In this document: piece by piece, positions 57,901 through 64,000 of the stretch | How the letters are laid out: each line of letters opens with the position of its first letter | Numbering within the stretch: the first letter of the stretch is position 1 | Source: Enoplolaimus lenunculus | Lineage: Eukaryota | DNA: 64,000 bases | Reading direction: 5' to 3' | Assembly: GCA_030248215.1 (NCBI GenBank) | Contig: JASANG010002125.1 | Coordinates: forward strand, 372,001-436,000 | The notes under the pieces: model-generated | The model's database searches: none | Told to the model about the DNA's origin: nothing | The model's input: the letters and a program-made list of their open reading frames with translations, nothing else | Position numbers and translations under genes: made by a program

Positions 57901-60900
57901 GTTTGTGACCTCCGGTTGAACCCTGCTGTGAATCCCGAACAAACTATTTGTGGGGCAAAATATTCAACGCGGACGGGCTATGAAGGATACTCCCCCATCT
58001 CTCCTCGATCTGCCGCTGCGTAGAACAGAAAAATATATAACTCTGAAGCTGAATAGTTTAGTTTCACCTTCTGGAATTCATTAAATTTAATTCGTTACCG
58101 TTAGAAAATAATCGTTTCCGTCCAATGGCGGATCCACGGGGGGCACCCCGGCCGTGCCCCCCCAACATCATCTCGACAAAAATTCCGTGTCGCTAGTATA
58201 TCGGTACGTTACACGTTATTCAGCTTCAGTTTAAATACGACCTGTATACACCTGAACTCATCATAAAACAGCGTTGATCATAAAATTAACGTTTTGAATT
58301 TTACACAGAATTAAAATTTACTCGCTGGTAGTGAACGCTATCGCTTAAACGCTCTCTGCCTCGTCTCAACCTTAATACCCCGGGGGTGAACATTTTTTAT
58401 TGTAACAGCTTTAAATATTTTCAAAAATTTAGAATTTTATAATTTAAATCAGGGAACAGTTTTGAAATTTTGCATTCCCATTAAAAATGTTTACAGTTGC
58501 TTTTAATTGATTGTGATTTTCAATTAAATTAGAATTTAATAACCGGTTATGCCAATGCAAACAAAATGTGCCGTCTGAATAATGGTAAGCCGAGTTTAGG
58601 GTTCCGCGGTGAAAAACAAGTACTTGTACACTTCCTCCAAACCGTGAGCCTATGCCTAAGGCCAGGCCTAACCAAAGCATACAAAACCTAACGCAACTTC
58701 CACAATATCATGCGTTACACCAGGTAGACTTTTCAGGGAGTACTGTGATGAACCCTGAAACTTTTATGTTTTCAGTGTTCATCGCACTACCAGCTCAAAA
58801 GTCACCTGATGTATACATGATATTGTGGAAGTTGCATTATCCTAAAGTCTACGCGTAAGCCTACGCCTGATCCTAAAGTCTTAGCCAATGCCAAAATTGG
58901 CAAAATTTGCAAACTGTGTCGGAGAAGTAGGCACTATTGCCTAAAATACATTTGTACAAACCTAATTCCAGCTTGAAAATAGTGGTGATCCGTTTCGTAA
59001 CTTTGATAATCCACAACATTTATCGTACTGGGAATGCGTATACTTTTTGTTGGTAACGATGTCCACTGTTGGATACGGCGATGTGGTTTGCCATACTGTT
59101 CTTGGACGCAGCTTTATGGTGTTCTTTATTTTAGGGGGTTTGGTAAGGACTGAGTACTACAAGCTATGAGTAACCCTGGCCGTATGGAAGAGGGTATAAT
59201 TCTACGTTAGGGCGTTTTCGTTTATGGAGCACGGGTTCAAGTATAAACAGATTAAATTTTGTTGCTGTTTTGTTTATAAAAATGTAGATCTGATATGATT
59301 CAGTGATTGTGAGAGTTAAAATTATGATGGTATTTTGTGAAAATGTCCTTTTCACTGCGCTGTTGCCATTTCGTACTTTAATGCTGTGTCTGAGTCAATT
59401 TTGTGTGTCGTCGTGTTGTACCAGTTGTGATAATTTGTGTTGCGAACGAAGCACATGTTGTTTAGTGTTTTTTCGTTATGCTCCTAGCAGGCTTTCGATC
59501 AGAATGGTCGGATTTTGAAATATTTTGCATATTTGAGCTTTTCATGACCTCCTGTGTCCATTTGGCACCGAATTTCAATTTATGAAAAAAATCATTTTTT
59601 AGGTTCCGTTGTACACAAAAATTGCTTTGTTAAAGGGTTAGACAAATTATATATCATTCGACGCAGTTTGCAGAGCTTAGTCAAACTGTGTTAAATTGCT
59701 CGCTATCAGATAAATGACAAACGGGTTATTATCAAATAACTGTGATGGGGCGCCGTCCCAAAACGCTGGTAGCTCGCTAAATCAGTTACTTGTCCGGTCC
59801 TAATAGTCAATCATGTGATGGTGCAAAATTTGTCATCGACTCAATTTTGTACTGTGGACTGAATGATTTATAAGTTGTCTTAGCCTTTTGACAAAAAAGC
59901 TTGGGTTCCAAGGGGAAACCTTGAACCTAAAAATAGAATTTTTTCAAAAATTTAAATTTTCGAGTGTAATGACAAAGGCAGGTCGTAAGAAGCTCAAATA
60001 TGCAAAAAAATTTCAAAATGCATATTTAGTAGAACACCGACTGTAAGGAAAATCCGAAAGATCCGTTCTTTATACCCCAAACATTTTAAGTGAACCAAAA
60101 ATACTCTAGTCCGCCCTAATAAGGGTGGTCCACATTTTGAGTCCCAATCAACAACAGTCTGTATCCCTAGTTAGAGTGTGTTGGTGGACGGAGTCCATAA
60201 ATCCTGACTTTAGCGCCGATAAAAGAGATCAAGACAGATGAACGGTTTGATTGCTCAAAAAGTAACAGATACTCAGACAACCCGAATTAACTTTATCCAG
60301 AAAAAATATTAATAGACATAGAAATGCAACCAATCAACCAAACGTTTCAGAACAGTCAATCTTAGCCAATAGAAAGGATATCAAAAAGAAACGTGTTGGG
60401 TCTTTGAGGGAGATTAAGAATAAATTACAATCCGTAACCGAATAACGGGGGGTACTTTCTGTAGAGACAAAATAAATATCAGCATCATCTTAATATTCGG
60501 GTCACTACAGTACTTGAGTGAGCACGTTGTTCTGATCAAGTGTAACCAGCTTGGAAGTTGCGATTATCAGTTTCTAATTTAAAGAGTTGTTTGATAACGG
60601 GCATCTGGAATGGTGTTTACAAATTGACTATTTTATCACAGCAATGTTATGTCTGTTTCTAAATTTGAAAATAGTTTTTCTGCCTAAAACTTTGCTTCTT
60701 TGCTTGCATTTCCCGTGTTCAATCGTTATTTTTGCTCCTACCGCTTTCCTAGAATACATTTTCAAATTAGTCGCTATTTTTCACTGATAGCACTGCTAAA
60801 TCTAAAATCAGGATCCAAAGCTCAAAGTTTTGTTAACATTCAGTTCTAAAATTGCGTGTCTCGTTCGCTTTGCTCGCCAGGTTTTTCGTAGTATTTAATA

Positions 60901-63536
60901 TGTATTACACAGGCCGCTATGAGCAATATTTGGATCCGCTACTTGTATCATCGTGTAACTATTTCGTTAAATGTTTGTAGACGGTATTTTAAACAAACCA
61001 TGAACTATTTTTAATCTTTTAAACTCTTGAAATTTTTATTCAAGTTTCGGTAGGCCAAATACGGACGCGTTCTCGACAACATAAGTCCAAACATACATTT
61101 ATTGAAAAGTTGCGTAGTCAGATTAGTTGTATTCAGGTCATCAACTTCGCTTTCCGACCTGGAGTGCCCTTGCATTGACGATCCTTAATCTGCGAGTATT
61201 GCTCCAACAAACGACAACAACAGCGGTCAAAAGTTATGAATGCCGCCTACCCTCGGCAACTTTTACCTATGATCGAAAATTGTCAAATCGTTTGCTAAGT
61301 AGGATGTCCCTTGACTGGGGTATGTACGTCCAAAACTCACCACACATGGGTAATCACGAGGATCCGTTTAGCTGACATTCGCCCCAGCACAACCATGTTG
61401 CGATACGAAACCAGACATCGTTGATTTCGCCTAGCCCGAAAGTAGTCAACTGAAACGGAACAATCCAGCTAAGTACACTAAGCCTAAGTGTTCCCGTAAG
61501 TCACTAATCGCAACGTGCGTAGCTAAACCAACACAGCCCTGCGATGGTATTCAACCAACGGATCTTGCTATAAAATAGTTGTGTCGCTTTGCTAAGCGAC
61601 TCCAAGTTAAAAGTGGCGAACGACTGCGAGCAACAACAGAATTTGTGAGCAGTATATCAAAATCTCGCAATGACTTGTCAACTCCATAGCGACAGCACCG
61701 ATTTCTAGAATAAAACAACAATTTAACAAGCGAATCTCTAAAATCAGTCGGCATTTCAGCAGCGCAAACTAACACGCAGTGCTACTTTCAACCGGAACTA
61801 ATATCCGGTTCGACACAACACAATTCAATTAAGAGAAACAAAGACAACGGGGTCCGTCCGGTACAGTTTTGGACTTCTGATAATTTCTTGAATTCGGTGG
61901 AATCGTGAGCGTCTTCTCTAAAGTGCAAATCTAGAACAATCCCTGGGCCGTAAATTTTGTTTCGTACTTTTGGTACAATTTGTTTCACTAAAATTTATCA
62001 CTTTAAGCTATGGTGTATAAAATATTTATGGTTAATAAGAGGCAAGGTACAATCGGAGCTCTGCCTCCGGCTCCGGTTCCGGCAGAAAATCGGTCTCTGG
62101 CTCCGGTAGAATTTTTGCCGGAGGTTCCGGCAATTTCAGTAGTAAAATTTTGCATAATTTTGCAATATTAACCTGTTTAGCGCGTTTCGTTTTACTTTTG
62201 TCACAATTTTCAGTAAAGAATTTCCGAAATTCCACAGAAAATTAGCGTAAAACCAAACAGCTTACAACACATTGATATTGGCTAAAATTAACTAATTAAC
62301 CATCATTTTTACTACCTAATTTCGCTTCGCCTCCGACAAGTTTTGTTGACCTCCGGTTCCAGCTCCGCTATTTTTCAACCCTGGTTGTACACTGACAACA
62401 GGGCCTGCTAGTCATATGGGCCCCGGGCCTCCTTGTCATACGGGCCCCAGACATCCTTGTCATATGGGCTCAGGGCCTGCCACAACCTTAATCCGGCCCT
62501 GGTTCACAGTAGGTTGTTTTTGAAAGAAATTGAGTTATTCATTGCTTGATATTACCTTGATAAAGTGTGACACCTCACAATAGTTCGCATACGATTTAAG
62601 CTTTAACACTGTTGTATTTGTGCGATTTGTCGTGATACTCAAACTGTTTTGCGGTCAGCTTCATCTTTTCAAGCGTCCGTGTTTGCATTGGCATAAATCT
62701 AAAAATTGCAATCATTTTTTGATAAAAGTTTCAAATTAGCGTTTGGTTCATTTTATACTCTACTTACTTTTTTATCTTTTGGCGATTTTTATGAAATTGT
62801 CAGGGGGGCACTCAAAACCTTAACACAGAATAGAGAAAATATTCGGGTGGGGTTGAAAATATCAAAGGCGAGAACATATCATTTCGCCTGTACCGCCTTT
62901 ACAGTTACAACTCTCACTTGTTTACCATTTTCAGTATACTTACAAACAATAGATAACGTTGTATCGATATACAACCGATTAATACTCAAAATGCTGTAGA
63001 TATAATAAAGCATAAAAATGATGGCCAATGTTACTTAACAGTTCATTAAACATATTGCTAAGCCTAAGCCTAAGCATTGATAAAAAAGTGTACACTTATA
63101 AACCTAATCCTATGCAAAAAATGCCGTCTCAAATTTAACCCTACTGTTTTATACTCACCACCAGAAACCTGGACGGTCCTAAAAGTAACATGACGCAAAA
63201 TGGTTATCACAATATATAGGGGGGGACGGCTCATGCCGTATTTTTTTAAATTAAATCTAAAACGGACCCAAACCTGTCTGAAATATTGAAGCAAAAGTTC
63301 AAAATTGAGGCACTAATTTTCTCAGCCATTTTGCGTAACTTTCTCGTTCGGTCGATTGTTTTCAGCTTGAAAATAGTGGCGATCCATTCAAGAATTTCGA
63401 AAACCCACACTACATGACGTACTGGGAGTGTGTCTATTTTCTACTGGTCACTATGTCCACAGTAGGCTACGGTGACATTCACTGTAAAACTGTACTAGGC
63501 CGCACGTTTATGGTATTCTTTATAATGGGTGGTCTG
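51988..63536 (+). CDS. slo-1: SLO-1 large-conductance Ca2+/voltage-activated K+ (BK) channel, 5' part (S0-S6); gene continues beyond the window
   Basis: GCCGCCATG start. Exons 51988-52215, 53215-53439, 53904-53965, 54651-54753, 56509-56620, 57301-57452, then 58972-59142 or 63366-63536. Motifs: [14 protein letters not shown] (S0), [48 protein letters not shown] (S4), TMSTVGYGD (filter). Confidence 0.96.
52246..52427 (-). mobile_element. hAT-like MITE (CAGTGGCGGATCC TIR), 30 nt downstream of the slo-1 first coding exon donor
   Basis: Reverse-complement copy with perfect TSD GATTCTTG. Confidence 0.88.
53550..53779. mobile_element. CACTG-ended fold-back MITE, different subfamily (GAGTT/AACTC subrepeats)
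   Basis: CACTGTAAATTCCAATGAGTT...AACTCACTGAAATTTACATTG flanked by TT/TT. Confidence 0.65.
54134..54325. mobile_element. Palindromic CACTG-ended MITE in slo-1 intron 3
   Basis: Same family as 10360-10578 with a central deletion. Confidence 0.8.
55361..55500. repeat. 29-bp tandem minisatellite in slo-1 intron 4
   Basis: AATTACCGTGTTATTCGGTAATTGATTTT at 55361, 55390 and 55419 plus degenerate copies. Confidence 0.9.
58972..59142 (+). CDS. slo-1: slo-1 pore exon copy A (turret, pore helix, selectivity filter, most of S6)
   Basis: aattccag| 171 nt, phase 0/0, |gtaagg. [57 protein letters not shown]. Confidence 0.95.
59490..60043. mobile_element. About 550-bp TIR element downstream of slo-1 pore exon A
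   Basis: ATTTTGAAATATTTTGCATATTTGAGCTT...AAGCTCAAATATGCAAAAAAATTTCAAAAT long inverted arms. Confidence 0.6.
62043..62394 (+). mobile_element. hAT-like MITE, CTCCGG subfamily, between the two slo-1 pore exons
   Basis: Collinear with 30722-31077. Further partial copies at about 12463-13090, 32500-32635 and 57812-57925. Confidence 0.8.
63022..63195 (-). mobile_element. Degenerate TTAGGC-MITE copy about 170 nt upstream of slo-1 pore exon B
   Basis: GGCCAATGTTACTT...AAGTAACATGAC with GCCTAA repeats. Confidence 0.6.
63366..63536 (+). CDS. slo-1: slo-1 pore exon copy B (candidate mutually exclusive alternative to copy A)
   Basis: ttttcag| 171 nt, phase 0/0, |gtaagt. [57 protein letters not shown]. 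Confidence 0.93.
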
Positions 63537-64000
63537 GTAAGTTGTCGTTTAATATTTTGAAGCATTGGGCCAAATTCAGTTGCACTGCGGTTTGATTGTG
63601 TGCTTGGGTTTTGCGGTTTTTTTTCCTTACTAGCGGTATAGCAGAAGACCGTACTTTTATATCCCCGATTGACACGTGCAAGTATTTTCAGCGAGAACTT
63701 GCAGCTGCACGGGACCGTAGTCAACGGAGGGGTGCACGGAGCTCAGCGCCGCCGAAAGGCGTTTTGCCCCCTATATAATTTTAAACCTTGCTTGTAAGTC
63801 ATCGAAAATCCTTGTCCGAGTTTAATGTCTTGCTACGATCTTTCTGTTGCAGCTATAATGCTCGATATTTTTTCTCACGTTTTGTGTTTTATTTTGGTTA
63901 ATTCGCATGAACCTCAGCTAACACATTGTTTTCACACCTTTGGTTTTCAATAACACTTTTTACCATTTCAAACAATTGCACGTGCTCAACCAGTTTTTGC

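Noticed and set aside
63366..63536. Second pore exon as a haplotype or assembly duplication
   Set aside because: Flanking introns are unrelated and synonymous sites are heavily diverged, which is incompatible with allelic duplication.

Overview
AT-rich, intron-rich eukaryotic genomic DNA, most likely from a nematode. The inference rests on TTAGGC telomere-type repeats and a nematode-type SLO-1 N-terminus ([14 protein letters not shown]); a non-rhabditid lineage is plausible but unproven. I assembled four spliced protein-coding genes by hand from GT-AG junctions and phase matching. (1) A small 3-exon secreted protein with a C-terminal ShKT-like six-cysteine domain (10978-11988, +), absent from the ORF track. 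(2) A complete 13-exon ariadne-2/ARIH2 RBR E3 ligase (23553-16183, -). (3) A divergently oriented complete 6-exon PRELID3/slowmo gene (26577-29347, +). (4) The 5' part of a slo-1 BK potassium channel (51988 to beyond the window end, +). In slo-1 the 171-nt exon encoding turret, pore helix, TVGYGD filter and most of S6 is present as two intact, diverged tandem copies (58972-59142 and 63366-63536), which are candidate mutually exclusive pore exons. The rest of the window is dense with short non-autonomous DNA-transposon families: hAT-like, CACTA-like, Helentron/HINE-like, and a Merlin-like family carrying TTAGGC repeats. There are also microsatellites and a few T-depleted stretches that may be assembly artefacts. 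No database searches were run; family assignments come from motif recognition.
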